64,000 nucleotides of DNA from Oscillospiraceae bacterium (lineage in GTDB: Bacteria > Bacillota > Clostridia > Oscillospirales > Ruminococcaceae). The translations under genes and the position numbers were made by a program. This document shows, piece by piece, positions 46,871-57,517 of the stretch (positions within the stretch are counted from its first letter, which is position 1; every line of letters starts with the position of its first letter). The notes under the pieces were generated by a model. The model saw nothing but the letters and a program-made list of their open reading frames with translations, did no database searches and was not told the DNA's origin. Where the stretch lies: positions 88,491 through 152,490 of the forward strand of contig JAGAWT010000031.1 in NCBI GenBank assembly GCA_018110985.1. The letters run 5' to 3'.

Positions 46871-49270
46871 TCAGCGTGAAAGCCTCCAGATATTCTTGGC
46901 GTACTCATCCACTGCCCTGTCTGCGGAGAATATGCCGGAATAAGCGGTATTTCTCAAAGACATCCTGTTCCACTTCTCCCTGTTGGAGTAGCAGGCGGAA
47001 ACATACTGCTGTGCGGACTGATAGCTGTCAAAGTCTGCAAGAGCCATGTAGGGATCCTTAGTTCTGAGCACATTTGCCACTTCGTCGAACTTGCAGCCGT
47101 TTATGCCGTTGTTCATCTTGTCCAGCACACGGCGTATGGTGGCGTTGTTGTTGTAATAATCCTCGGGACGGTAGCCCTGAGCCTTCTTTGCAAGTACCTC
47201 TTCGGCGGTCATGCCGAAAATGAATATGCTGTCATCCCCTACCTGGTCGTGGATCTCCACATTCGCACCGTCAAGCGTACCCAGTGTGACCGCACCGTTG
47301 AGCATCAGCTTCATGTTGCCGGTGCCGGAAGCCTCCGTGCCTGCAAGGGATATCTGCTCGGACACCTCTGCTGCGGGCATCAGCAGCTCGGAAAGGGAAA
47401 CGCAGTAGTCCTCAAGGAAGAATACCGCCAGCTTGTCGCTTATCTTCGGGTTCTTCCTTATCTCCTCGCCAAGAGCCCATATCATCTTGATTATCTGCTT
47501 TGCAAGATAGTAGCCGGGGGCTGCCTTTGCGGCAAAGATGTAGGTCTTGGGAGTAAATTCCCTGTCAGGATCATCCAGCAGAGAGAGGTACTCGGAGATT
47601 ATGTTCATTGCGTTGAGGTTCTGCCTCTTGTACTCGTGGAGCCTCTTTACCTGCACATCGAATATGGAGGAGGTATTCATGCTCCTGCCGTAGTTCTGCT
47701 TGACATACTTGGCAAAGCGCTTCTTGTTTTCAAGCTTTATCTTCTCTATGCGGGAGAGCACCTTCTTGTCATCCTCATACTTGGCAAGATCTGCCAGCTT
47801 CGACGCATTGTTCTTGAACTCTCCGCCGATAAGCTCCTCAAGCAGTGAGGTAAGTCCGGGGTTGGACTGGAGCAGCCACCTTCTGTAGGCTATGCCGTTG
47901 GTGACGTTCTGGAACTTGTAGGGAGTGTAGGAATATTCGTTGGCGAAAACATCCTGCTTGATTATCTCGGAATGGAGCTTGGAAACACCGTTCACGCTGT
48001 GAGAGGCATGAACGCACAGCAGTGCCATGTGGATGACATTGTTCTGGATGATGGACATTCTTGATACCTTGCCCTCATCCCCCGTATGTTCAAGCACCTT
48101 TTCGCAGTAGCGGCGGTTGATCTCGCAGATAATGTCGAATATTCTCGGAGTGATGGAGCGCACAAGGTTGCAGTCCCACTTTTCGAGAGCTTCCGCCATG
48201 ACAGTGTGGTTGGTGTAGGCAAAGGTATTGGTAACTATGTACCAGGACTTGTCCCAGGAATAGCCGCAGTCATCAAGGAGTATCCTCATAAGCTCCGGTA
48301 TAGCCAGTGTGGGATGTGTGTCGTTTATGTGTATGGCGACCTTCTCATGGAAATTGTCGAGAGTGCCGTAAACATTCATATGGCGGTTCACGATATCCCC
48401 CACGGAAGCCGCACAGAGGAAATACTGCTGTCTGTAACGCAGGCTCTTTCCCTCAAGGTGATTGTCGTTGGGGTAGAGCACCTTTGAGATCGCCTGTGCC
48501 ACGGTGTTCTGTGAAAGCGCTCTCGCATAGTCTCCCTGATTGAAAAGGTTCATATCAAAGGAAGGCGCCTTCGCCTGCCACAGTCTGAGAACGGAAACGC
48601 CCTCGCTGCCGTAGCCGGGGACATACATATCATAGGGAACGGCAAGAACGGTGTTGTAGTTCTTGTGCTCAATGTGGTGATACTGATTGTCCCAGTATTC
48701 GTGCATCTCACCGTCAAAGCGCACCTCTATCGCCTTGTCCGTCTTGGGCACCAGCCATGTTTCGCCGCCGGGGAGCCAGTTGTCGGGCATCTCCGTCTGC
48801 CAGCCGTCATCCAGCTTCTGCTTGAATATACCGTACTCATAGCAGATAGAATATCCCATTGCAGGATAGCCGTCGGTGGCAAGACCGTCAAGATAGCAGG
48901 CAGCAAGTCTTCCCAGACCGCCGTTTCCAAGGCCTGCATCAGGCTCATACTCATAGATCCTGTCGATATTCACATCCCATTTCCTGAGTATGTCCTCTGC
49001 CATGGTGTTTATCTCGAGGTTGTAAAGGCTGGTCTTCAGAGAACGCCCCATGAGAAATTCCATGGAAAGATAGTAAATCTCCTTTTTGCCCGCAGAGTGT
49101 ACCGCATTGCGGAATTTTCTCCTCTTTGCCCTCAGGAGCTCCACCACTACTGCGGAAAGAGCCTTGTATATCTGGTTATCCGACGCATCCACCGGTGTGA
49201 CGTTGAAATCCACCTGCAGCTTGCTGCGTATCTTTTCTTCAAAATCTTCCTTCGTTATGATGGGGATCAT
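46871..49270 (-). CDS. glgP: Glycogen/alpha-glucan phosphorylase (GT35)
   Basis: Full-length GT35 with a PLP-lysine region (EASGTGNMK). Confidence 0.9.
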   Translation of the reverse strand: MIPIITKEDFEEKIRSKLQVDFNVTPVDASDNQIYKALSAVVVELLRAKRRKFRNAVHSAGKKEIYYLSMEFLMGRSLKTSLYNLEINTMAEDILRKWDVNIDRIYEYEPDAGLGNGGLGRLAACYLDGLATDGYPAMGYSICYEYGIFKQKLDDGWQTEMPDNWLPGGETWLVPKTDKAIEVRFDGEMHEYWDNQYHHIEHKNYNTVLAVPYDMYVPGYGSEGVSVLRLWQAKAPSFDMNLFNQGDYARALSQNTVAQAISKVLYPNDNHLEGKSLRYRQQYFLCAASVGDIVNRHMNVYGTLDNFHEKVAIHINDTHPTLAIPELMRILLDDCGYSWDKSWYIVTNTFAYTNHTVMAEALEKWDCNLVRSITPRIFDIICEINRRYCEKVLEHTGDEGKVSRMSIIQNNVIHMALLCVHASHSVNGVSKLHSEIIKQDVFANEYSYTPYKFQNVTNGIAYRRWLLQSNPGLTSLLEELIGGEFKNNASKLADLAKYEDDKKVLSRIEKIKLENKKRFAKYVKQNYGRSMNTSSIFDVQVKRLHEYKRQNLNAMNIISEYLSLLDDPDREFTPKTYIFAAKAAPGYYLAKQIIKMIWALGEEIRKNPKISDKLAVFFLEDYCVSLSELLMPAAEVSEQISLAGTEASGTGNMKLMLNGAVTLGTLDGANVEIHDQVGDDSIFIFGMTAEEVLAKKAQGYRPEDYYNNNATIRRVLDKMNNGINGCKFDEVANVLRTKDPYMALADFDSYQSAQQYVSACYSNREKWNRMSLRNTAYSGIFSADRAVDEYAKNIWRLSR

Positions 49271-49370
49271 AAACAGCTCTCCTTTAAATTTATATAAAAT
49301 TATATCTTACTGTATACTGCTGTCAAAAAACGCAAAAAGCTACCCGAAGACGGCGGCTGCCTTTAGTGCA

Positions 49371-50348
49371 TCATTCGTGCATTTCGGGGGCACGGGTCTC
49401 ATCGGTCTCCTCTGCGCCCTCATCACTGCCATCTTCGCTGCCTTCTTCCCCGGTATTCTCCGAGCCGCCTTCCTCTGTCTCTTCGGTGGTGGTAGTTTCG
49501 TTGTATTTGCTGATATTGCTCTCGAATATGATGTCGCTGCGCTCTATGCTGGCTTTGTCCCTGAAGGAATAGCCGCCGTCGGAAAGGGACACTATGGTGC
49601 CCTCCTGATCCTCCGGGTAGCGCTCTATTATCTCGCAGCACATCATTATTTTTCGCTCTATGTCGTTTATGTTGCCCATTTCCACATTTATACGGTCATC
49701 ATAGACCATAACGATGTCGGAACGGTCGGAAACATCTATGGAGGTGATGTTCTCCGCAAAGCCCCTTATTATCTTTTCCTGTTCCCGCTGCTCTCTGTCT
49801 GCGTCAGTGTCCTCCCCTGCCTTCACTTCGGAGAAGAATCTCAGCAGAGAATAGACCGACTCATCCTTTTTCTGGTCCCCGGAAGAATACATCTCTCCGG
49901 GAAGGAGCCCGGGCTTGGGTTCCGTGCCGTAAAAGGTATAAAGGGAGGCACGGGGCTCCTCAAAGGAGTCAAGTATCTTCCCCTCGTTGCTTACCAGCAT
50001 GACCTCTCTGGGGGTGACAAAATTTGCCGCAGGCACTGCGGGCTCTATCTCTATGGTCACGGTGGAGGTGTTTGTCCTTTTGATGTTGGCGTGCCCCACA
50101 TAGACCAGCCTGTCCTCTATGCGCTTTGACACCTTCTGCATACTTGTGCGGAAGATGTTGTCCCCCGCCTTTATCCCGGAGGCTTCAAGTATATCCTCCG
50201 GGGAATAGTTGGAGGAGCCTGTCACCTTCACGGTCTCTATATTGAAAAAAACGGTGGTGGACAGCACTGCCAGCAAAAGCAGCACTATGATGAACACGAG
50301 AAAGCGCAAGGCTCCGTTGTGTGCAGGCCGCTTTTTAGGTGTGCTCAC
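49371..50348 (-). CDS. FtsQ/DivIB-like POTRA-domain protein with an acidic C-terminal tail
   Basis: Cytoplasmic N-terminus, TM, POTRA (IETVKVTGSSNYSPEDILEASGIKAGDNIF). Glu/Thr-rich tail. Not in a dcw cluster. Confidence 0.55.
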   Translation of the reverse strand: MSTPKKRPAHNGALRFLVFIIVLLLLAVLSTTVFFNIETVKVTGSSNYSPEDILEASGIKAGDNIFRTSMQKVSKRIEDRLVYVGHANIKRTNTSTVTIEIEPAVPAANFVTPREVMLVSNEGKILDSFEEPRASLYTFYGTEPKPGLLPGEMYSSGDQKKDESVYSLLRFFSEVKAGEDTDADREQREQEKIIRGFAENITSIDVSDRSDIVMVYDDRINVEMGNINDIERKIMMCCEIIERYPEDQEGTIVSLSDGGYSFRDKASIERSDIIFESNISKYNETTTTEETEEGGSENTGEEGSEDGSDEGAEETDETRAPEMHE

Positions 50349-50560
50349 CTTTGACCCCAGATCTTTTCCTCAAGTGAGGCGATCGCCTTTCTTCTCTTCT
50401 CCGTCGCTTCCTTATCCACTGAATACGCTCCGTCCCTGTGTACCAGCACATCACCCAGCGAAGCGTGTTTTATTTCCTCTGTCTTTACGGTGAAAAAGGT
50501 ATCTGTTTCGGTATCAACTATCATTGCAGTGTCTTCATGGATCTTTTCAAGTACCAGCAT
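50345..50560 (-). CDS. Small hypothetical protein (DUF3006-like size and composition)
   Basis: 71 aa. Overlapping start/stop with both neighbours. Confidence 0.4.
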   Translation of the reverse strand: MLVLEKIHEDTAMIVDTETDTFFTVKTEEIKHASLGDVLVHRDGAYSVDKEATEKRRKAIASLEEKIWGQR

Positions 50561-50997
50561 TACACAAAAGCCTCCTCATAAGCGGTCCGGTAATCCTTTC
50601 CCCTGCATACTCCGTCAATGGCGGGGGAAAACCTGTTAAGTGCGTACATGGGGTCATAGACCGCCTTTTTTATAAGGCTTTCCGTTGCCCCTTCAAAACT
50701 CAGCGCAGTCCTGCACCATACGCCCTTTTCGTCCAGAACGAAGGTACAGGAGTCGGTGGAGAAGTTGAACATATTCACGAGCTTCAGCATTTCCGCCTCG
50801 TCTGCGTAGACTGCCTCCACATATGCCTCCACTGTGAAGTACTCCTTTGCAAAGCGCAGGAATACATCCGCATTCTCATATATCTTTCCCAGGGGCGCAT
50901 GTATATAGATCTCGTTCATCTCCTCGTTTATGCGGGGAGAGAGATCCGAGCGGGCAAAAAGCTCCACGAGCCCCTCGAATATTTCCTTGAATTCCAT
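50560..50997 (-). CDS. Hypothetical protein (YbjN-like fold suspected)
   Basis: 145 aa, no confident motif. Confidence 0.45.
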   Translation of the reverse strand: MEFKEIFEGLVELFARSDLSPRINEEMNEIYIHAPLGKIYENADVFLRFAKEYFTVEAYVEAVYADEAEMLKLVNMFNFSTDSCTFVLDEKGVWCRTALSFEGATESLIKKAVYDPMYALNRFSPAIDGVCRGKDYRTAYEEAFV

Positions 50998-51023
50998 CGT
51001 ATCCTCTCTTTCACAAGCCGCTT

Positions 51024-51662
51024 TCAGGATACCGTCCCGGATATTTCTCCTCCGCTCTCATCGCTTGAAACGACTGTAAGCTCATTGAGCGCAAAGGGGA
51101 GCTCCGGCAGCGACTCAAGATACTCCCTTACTTCCTTCAGATCGGCTCCCGCCACGGATATGACCGCCTTGTTTGAAGGCACATCCGCATAGTATTCCGT
51201 CACCGTGTATTTTTCCATCACCAGTGCGGACGCATCCTCTGCCACCTTTTCAAGGTAATTCAGCGAATGTCCCACCACACGGTAAGTCACGCAGGAATAA
51301 CCATCCAGAAGATCTGTAAATTCCGGGGGAGCCTCCTCGGCAGTAAGGCAGACATACAGCTTTCCGAAATAGCTGTATGCTCCCGCATAGGTATCGGGAT
51401 AAGCCGACAGGCTCGTGATATAGGTCATAAGTGTGCTGTAAGCGCTCTCCGGTGTATCCTCAAAGGGCACGGTCTCGCTCTCCTGCACCGTTTCGGCGGG
51501 AGCCGCCGTTTCTTCGGTGACGGTGCTCTCTTCCGTCGTCGTTTCTGTGGCAGGAGCCGTCACAGAAGCGGAAGGTACGGAGGTCTCCGTATCCCGGGGC
51601 GCACCCCCTCCGCTGCACGAACAGAGAAGCAGCATCACAGCAGCTGTAAATAATCTTTTCAT
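51024..51662 (-). CDS. Putative lipoprotein with a Thr/Glu-rich linker
   Basis: Start is MKRLFTAAVMLLLCSCSGG (lipobox-like) at 51662. Confidence 0.5.
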   Translation of the reverse strand: MKRLFTAAVMLLLCSCSGGGAPRDTETSVPSASVTAPATETTTEESTVTEETAAPAETVQESETVPFEDTPESAYSTLMTYITSLSAYPDTYAGAYSYFGKLYVCLTAEEAPPEFTDLLDGYSCVTYRVVGHSLNYLEKVAEDASALVMEKYTVTEYYADVPSNKAVISVAGADLKEVREYLESLPELPFALNELTVVSSDESGGEISGTVS

Positions 51663-51897
51663 AAAAACATCCGTTTTCGGACAAAGCATATATCCCACAG
51701 GGCAAAAGCCCTGTCTGATAATTTTACCACAATATGGCCTTTCTGTCAATACTTTTCGCAAAAAACAGGCATAGTCCCGCATATTCCCGGCATCCTTTCC
51801 CTGTCACACACCTCCCTTAGCAGGTCGGCAGAGCACGCAAAAAGCCGCAGCACCCTTTTTCGGATGCTGCAGCTTTTGAAAGGAGAACAAATGTTCA

Positions 51898-52914
51898 TTA
51901 CTTTATAACGTAAACGGTAACGTCCTTATTGCCCCAGTTTATGCAGTCGTTGTATTCCTCCATGAACAGGTCGGCGATTATCCTGCCGTTTCTTGCAGCT
52001 CCACCCGTGTCCGCCGCTATGGCATAACCGTAAACATCGCCGTCATCGGCAACGATATAAAGCTCGGAGCCGTAGGGGATGATATCCGGATCTACTGCCA
52101 CATAGCCCTGATATACCGCATTTCCGGTGGACATAAGTGCGCCGTCATGGGCAGTGTAGGCTGTGGCATTGCCGTAGAGCACTTCCTCGTACTCGGTGGG
52201 AACGCCGTTTTCATCAAACTGTATATATTCGGGTACGCTGAAAAGGGATATCTGCTCGGGAACATCTGTACGGCCGTTATCCACCGCCTGTATGGGTATC
52301 ACTCTCTCGGTCTCCTCATCGTAGGAGGTCCTGAGATTTCCCTTTTTGCTCTTCTTCGGTGCAACGGGTATCTCTTCAAACTGAGCATTGGCATCTATCA
52401 CGTCAAAATCCCCGGGTGCTGCGCCTATAACTGCCGTGCCTCTGAGGATAACGGTGGGCTGAGGCTCACTGAGCACGCTCTCGCCGACCTTGCGCACGCT
52501 TACCTCAACGCCGTTCTTGATGGTCTTGACCGCCTTTATGGAACGGACACCGTCAGAACCCTGGGTAAGCACTACTTCCTGACCCTCGGGGAGCTTGTCG
52601 CTCTTCTGATATACGACTGTCTTCTTGATAGCCTCAAGTATGGTGGTATTGACATAGATGACCTCATCATCGGAGGTCTTTGAGGAAGCGTTTACTTCCT
52701 CTACCTGTGCATCGCTGAAAACATCATAGTCTGTTCTTTTAAGTGAAAGTGTTTCTGTGCGGATGGTCTCCACTTCCGCAACCTTCATGTCGGAGCCTGT
52801 GTCTGCCGCAGTCTCTCCCACGCCTACACCCGCTGCTCCCGCCGCCGTGCTTGCAGCCAAAGCCACTGCAAGTGCTGCGATACATATTTTCTTGTTCGTA
52901 AACAACTGATTCAT
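51898..52914 (-). CDS. G5-domain plus 3D-domain cell-wall protein (YabE/Rpf-like)
   Basis: Signal peptide, G5 domain and C-terminal 3D domain (YGYAIAADTGGA...GRIIDLF). Confidence 0.75.
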   Translation of the reverse strand: MNQLFTNKKICIAALAVALAASTAAGAAGVGVGETAADTGSDMKVAEVETIRTETLSLKRTDYDVFSDAQVEEVNASSKTSDDEVIYVNTTILEAIKKTVVYQKSDKLPEGQEVVLTQGSDGVRSIKAVKTIKNGVEVSVRKVGESVLSEPQPTVILRGTAVIGAAPGDFDVIDANAQFEEIPVAPKKSKKGNLRTSYDEETERVIPIQAVDNGRTDVPEQISLFSVPEYIQFDENGVPTEYEEVLYGNATAYTAHDGALMSTGNAVYQGYVAVDPDIIPYGSELYIVADDGDVYGYAIAADTGGAARNGRIIADLFMEEYNDCINWGNKDVTVYVIK

Positions 52915-53711
52915 TTTCTGATAACTCCATTTCTGCCTTCACAGCCAACCTTTTTATATATCTCGGGTCACAGAGACGGCATAACTGAGACACACGGCTC
53001 TTTCTCTTTTATATATGGTGTGTCTTTTCATTCGGCTTTGTCTTTGTTTATCTCTTTTTATAAAGACAAAGCAGGACGGTCGATTTGATTCAATGTTTGC
53101 GAGGTAATTCTTACAAATCGGTAACAACTTCAAAGTACTTTGTAATTATAACGTAATCTTTGAACGATGTCAATTGAAAAAAACTGAACAAATTTGTTGA
53201 ATTTGACGAAAAGACTTTGATTATTCCAATTTTTCGCCCCAAATAAAATCTAATAATCATAATTTTTGTATTTTTTTCTTTCCCTTGCAAAAGAATTATT
53301 CGGCAAATACCACAAAAAATCAGTTTTAAAGCCGCTTGACAGACTTTTACAGTGTAAAATAAGGTTCAGTCAATAATTTAGTCATAATTGAGGGAGGGAA
53401 TTTTAACGGTAATTTGTGAATATTAACAAGCCTATCGGTTCATTTAACCGTAATTTTGTTGATTTGTACAAAGTTGCTGTTTTTCAATCAAAAAGTGCGA
53501 CGAAAGGCGGTTTTTTCTGCCAGAATATGTCTTTTCACAGCAAAGAGAGTCATTCTTTTTGCGCAGCTTTTGGAATACAGGCTGCAAAGCATAGCACAAC
53601 ATCCGCAGGCTGTATTTTCCAAAGCTGACTATATAAAGACTTGTTTTGGGGAGCAGATAGTTTATTTTGCCCAAAAGCATATGTCACCGCAAATTTCTTT
53701 TCCAAATAATA

Positions 53712-53740
53712 TTGATTATTCCTTCCGAATATGTTATAAT
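53712..53740 (+). promoter_or_regulatory. Sigma-70-like promoter for hprK (TTGATT, 17-nt spacer, TATAAT)
   Basis: -35 at 53712-53717 and -10 at 53735-53740. Confidence 0.5.
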
Positions 53741-53847
53741 CGACTGTGTATGCGTTATTGCAGCATTCGTCTGCTGCTCATGCCTTCCGCAAAGGTCATT
53801 GTTATTTCATTTTATATAGTGAACTTTAACCCGAAAGGATCGATCAT

Positions 53848-54819
53848 ATGTCCACCAAAAAATACACCGTGGAGCTGGATGAGATAATCAGCGAATTCAA
53901 TCTGGAGGTCATATATATGCCGGAGGAGGACAAGGATGCTCCCCTTCTGGTGCACGAGACCGAGCTCAACCGCCCCGGTCTTCAGCTCATAGGCTTTTAT
54001 GAGTATTTCAACAACGAGAGGATACAAATAGTCGGAAAGACCGAATTTGCCTACCTTGCCTCCCTTGATGAGGATGTGCGCAAGGAACGCCTCGGGATGC
54101 TCTTTGCCCAGCATCCGCCAGCGGTGATGATAACCCGTGAGCTGCCCTATTTCCCCGAAATGACAGACCTTGCCAAGAGCAACGAGACTCCCCTGCTGCG
54201 CTGCAAGGAGAACACCTCCGCATTCATGGCGGCGCTCATTGCCTACCTGAACCTGCACCTTGCCCCCAGGATCACCCGTCACGGCGTCCTTATGGAGGTC
54301 TGCGGCGAGGGTATGCTCATTCTGGGCGAAAGCGGCGTAGGTAAGAGCGAGACTGCGGTGGAGCTCATCAAGAGAGGTCACCGCCTTGTGGCAGACGATG
54401 CGGTGGAGATAAGAAAGGTGTCCAATATCTCCCTTGTAGGCTCATCTCCCGAAAACATCCGCCACTTCCTGGAGCTCAGGGGCATAGGCATAGTCAATGC
54501 CCGCAGGCTTTTCGGCATGGGTGCGGTGAAAGTGACAGAAAAGATAGATATGATAGTGGAGCTGGAGCCCTGGGATCCCGAAAAGGTATATGACAGAATG
54601 GGTGTGGATGTGGAGTACACATCCATACTGGGTGTAAAGGTGCCCATTTCCACCATTCCCGTAAAGCCCGGCAGAAACCTGGCAGTGATACTTGAAGTCG
54701 CAGCCATGAACAACAGGCAGAAGAAAATGGGCTACAATGCGGCACAGGAGCTCCTTGACAATCTGGGTCTAGAAACGGAGCACAAGGAAGACATCGTGCG
54801 CAAGTGGGATATATATTGA
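53848..54819 (+). CDS. hprK: HPr kinase/phosphorylase
   Basis: Walker A GESGVGKSE and an HprK-specific C-terminal domain. Confidence 0.9.
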   Translation: MSTKKYTVELDEIISEFNLEVIYMPEEDKDAPLLVHETELNRPGLQLIGFYEYFNNERIQIVGKTEFAYLASLDEDVRKERLGMLFAQHPPAVMITRELPYFPEMTDLAKSNETPLLRCKENTSAFMAALIAYLNLHLAPRITRHGVLMEVCGEGMLILGESGVGKSETAVELIKRGHRLVADDAVEIRKVSNISLVGSSPENIRHFLELRGIGIVNARRLFGMGAVKVTEKIDMIVELEPWDPEKVYDRMGVDVEYTSILGVKVPISTIPVKPGRNLAVILEVAAMNNRQKKMGYNAAQELLDNLGLETEHKEDIVRKWDIY

Positions 54820-54838
54820 TGCCGGAGAGGTCTTTTTC

Positions 54839-55609
54839 ATGATATTCAGACCCTGTATAGACATCCACGACGGAAAAGTGAAGCAGATAGTGGGAGGCAG
54901 CCTTACGGACAAGGGTGCCACGGAAAACTTCGTTTCACAGCAGTCTGCCGCAGACATAGCAAGGCTTTACAGAGAGCACGGTCTCTCCGGCGGTCATGCC
55001 ATAATGCTGAACAAAAAAGGCACCCCCGGGTACGAGGCGGACAGGCAGCAGCTTTTTGCGGCTCTTGAGGCCTTCCCCGGCGGGCTCCAGGCAGGAGGCG
55101 GCATAGACTCCCTGAATGCGGGGACATTCATCGAAAAGGGAGCATCCCATGTCATAGTCACATCGGCTGTTTTCAGGGACGGGATAATAAACTTCACCGA
55201 GCTTGAAAGCATAGTAAGAGCCGTGGGAAAGGAAAGGCTGGTGCTGGATCTTTCCGTAAAGGAAAAAGATGGCAGGCGCTTTATAGTCACGGACAGGTGG
55301 CAGAAGTTCACAAAAACGGAGCTTTGCCCCGAGACACTTGAAATGCTCTCTGCCTACTGTGACGAGTTTCTTGTACACGCAGCCAACGCAGAGGGCAAAA
55401 GAGCAGGTATAGACACGGTCACCGTCGGGATACTCTCCCAAAGCCCCATACCCTCCACCTATGCCGGCGGCATAGGCTCCTTCGATGACATAGAGCTTAT
55501 AAACAGCATCGGCGGGGGAAGGGTGGATTTCACCGCAGGCAGCGCCGTGGATATTTTCGGCGGTGATATGAGCTTTGAACGGCTTGCGGAAAACTACAAA
55601 AAGAACTGA
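54839..55609 (+). CDS. hisA: ProFAR isomerase of the eukaryotic (His6) type
   Basis: N-terminal [18 protein letters not shown] and the (beta/alpha)8 HisA/HisF pattern. Stand-alone, not in a his operon. Confidence 0.7.
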   Translation: MIFRPCIDIHDGKVKQIVGGSLTDKGATENFVSQQSAADIARLYREHGLSGGHAIMLNKKGTPGYEADRQQLFAALEAFPGGLQAGGGIDSLNAGTFIEKGASHVIVTSAVFRDGIINFTELESIVRAVGKERLVLDLSVKEKDGRRFIVTDRWQKFTKTELCPETLEMLSAYCDEFLVHAANAEGKRAGIDTVTVGILSQSPIPSTYAGGIGSFDDIELINSIGGGRVDFTAGSAVDIFGGDMSFERLAENYKKN

Positions 55610-55613
55610 TGAT

Positions 55614-57500
55614 ATGGATAACAGCTTTTATGATTTTGATGTAGCCGTTGTGGGGGCGGGGCACGCCGGAGTTGAGGCAGCCCTTGCAGCCGCAAGACTG
55701 GGGGCAAGGACTGCCCTTTTTACTATTTCTCTGGACAGCATAGCAAATATGCCCTGCAACCCCTCCATAGGAGGCACCGCAAAGGGTCACCTGGTCCGTG
55801 AGATAGATGCCCTGGGAGGACAGATGGGGAAGTCCGCCGATGAGTGTTTTATACAAAGCAGGATGCTCAACCGCGGAAAGGGACCGGCTGTCCATTCCTT
55901 AAGGGTACAGGCAGACAGAGTTAAGTACCACAACTACATGAAATCCGTCTGTGAAAAGCAGGAAGGTCTTTTTATAAAGCAGGCGGAGGTCAGGGAGATA
56001 CTTGCGGAAAACGGTGCGGTGACCGGGCTTGTAACCTCTCTCGGTGCAAGGTACAGCGCAAAAAGGATAGTTATAGCCACAGGCACCTATCTTGGCGGGG
56101 TCATTCATGTAGGAGAGGTATCCTACGAATCGGGACCCGACGCCACTCTGCCCGCAAAAGGGCTTACGGACAGCCTTTCTTCCCTGGGTCTCCCCATGCG
56201 CCGCTTCAAGACGGGAACTCCTTCAAGAGTACACCGCCGCAGCATAGATTTCGATCTTCTTGAAAGACAGGACGGGGATGAGGATATACAGCCCTTTTCC
56301 TTTGAGACCGACCGCAGCGGGCTTGAAAACCGTGTTTCCTGCTACATAGCCTACACAAACGAGGAAACTCACCGTGTCATAAGGGAGAATATAGGCCGCA
56401 GCCCCATCTATTCCGGGCGCATCCACGCCATAGGTCCCAGATACTGCCCCTCCATAGAGGATAAGATAATGCGCTTCCCCGAAAGGGAACGGCATCAGCT
56501 CTTTATAGAACCCATGGGGCTCGACACGGATGAATATTATCTGCAGGGGATGTCCTCCTCTCTTCCGGAGGAGGTGCAGCTTGAATTCCTGCACACCATA
56601 AAGGGGCTTGAGCACTGCGAGATAATGCGCAATGCCTACGCCATAGAATACGACTGTGTGGATCCCACTGCCCTTTACCACACTCTTGAATGCAAGAGCG
56701 TGAAGGGGCTCTACGGTGCGGGACAGTTCAACGGCACCTCCGGCTATGAAGAAGCTGCCGCACAGGGGCTCATAGCAGGCATCAACGCCGCCCGTTCCGC
56801 AAAGGGGCTCGAAGAGATCACTCTCCCCCGCTCATCATCCTACATAGGCACACTTATAGACGATCTTGTGATAAAGGGCTGCTCCGATCCATACCGCATG
56901 ATGACCAGCCGCAGCGAGTACAGGCTGCTTTTGCGGCAGGACAATGCGGATGAAAGGCTCACGCCCTTAGGTCATGACATAGGTCTTATAGACGATGAAA
57001 GGTTTGAAAGGTTCCTCATAAAGCAGCAGCTTGTGAAGGAGGAGGTAAAAAGACTGAAAAAGACCTCTGTCGCCCCCTCCGAAGAACTCAACGCCATGCT
57101 TGCGGAAAAGGGCAGCAGCCCCATAACACAGAGCCTGAAAATGGCTGAGCTCATAAAGCGCCCGCAGATAAGCTACAGCGACCTGATGCGCTTTGACGAA
57201 AACGATCCGCACCTTCCCTATGAGGTAAGGGAACAGGCAGAGCTGAAGATCGAGTATGAGGGGTATATCTCCAGACAGATAGAAGAGGTCGAGCGTGCCT
57301 CCCGCCTTGAAAAGAGGATAATACCCGCAGACATGGATTATGACAGCCTGAAGGGTCTTTCCCTTGAGGCTGCGGAAAAGCTGAAAAAGATACGCCCTGC
57401 CAATCTGGGAGAGGCCTCCCGTATCTCGGGGATATCCCCTGCCGATATACAGGTGCTGGGCATACTCCTTACCAAGCTGGCGGGCAGCAGCAACGATTAA
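55614..57500 (+). CDS. mnmG: tRNA uridine 5-carboxymethylaminomethyl modification enzyme MnmG (GidA)
   Basis: FAD-binding GAGHAG and full-length MnmG. Start at MDNSFYDF at 55614. Confidence 0.9.
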   Translation: MDNSFYDFDVAVVGAGHAGVEAALAAARLGARTALFTISLDSIANMPCNPSIGGTAKGHLVREIDALGGQMGKSADECFIQSRMLNRGKGPAVHSLRVQADRVKYHNYMKSVCEKQEGLFIKQAEVREILAENGAVTGLVTSLGARYSAKRIVIATGTYLGGVIHVGEVSYESGPDATLPAKGLTDSLSSLGLPMRRFKTGTPSRVHRRSIDFDLLERQDGDEDIQPFSFETDRSGLENRVSCYIAYTNEETHRVIRENIGRSPIYSGRIHAIGPRYCPSIEDKIMRFPERERHQLFIEPMGLDTDEYYLQGMSSSLPEEVQLEFLHTIKGLEHCEIMRNAYAIEYDCVDPTALYHTLECKSVKGLYGAGQFNGTSGYEEAAAQGLIAGINAARSAKGLEEITLPRSSSYIGTLIDDLVIKGCSDPYRMMTSRSEYRLLLRQDNADERLTPLGHDIGLIDDERFERFLIKQQLVKEEVKRLKKTSVAPSEELNAMLAEKGSSPITQSLKMAELIKRPQISYSDLMRFDENDPHLPYEVREQAELKIEYEGYISRQIEEVERASRLEKRIIPADMDYDSLKGLSLEAAEKLKKIRPANLGEASRISGISPADIQVLGILLTKLAGSSND

Positions 57501-57517
57501 CGGATACCGGTGAAAAT

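Noticed and set aside
53416-53628. 70-aa ORF in the hprK upstream island
   Set aside because: GTG start with the nearest SD 18 nt away. Serine/phenylalanine-rich with no features. It overlaps the direct-repeat region and is more likely non-coding.
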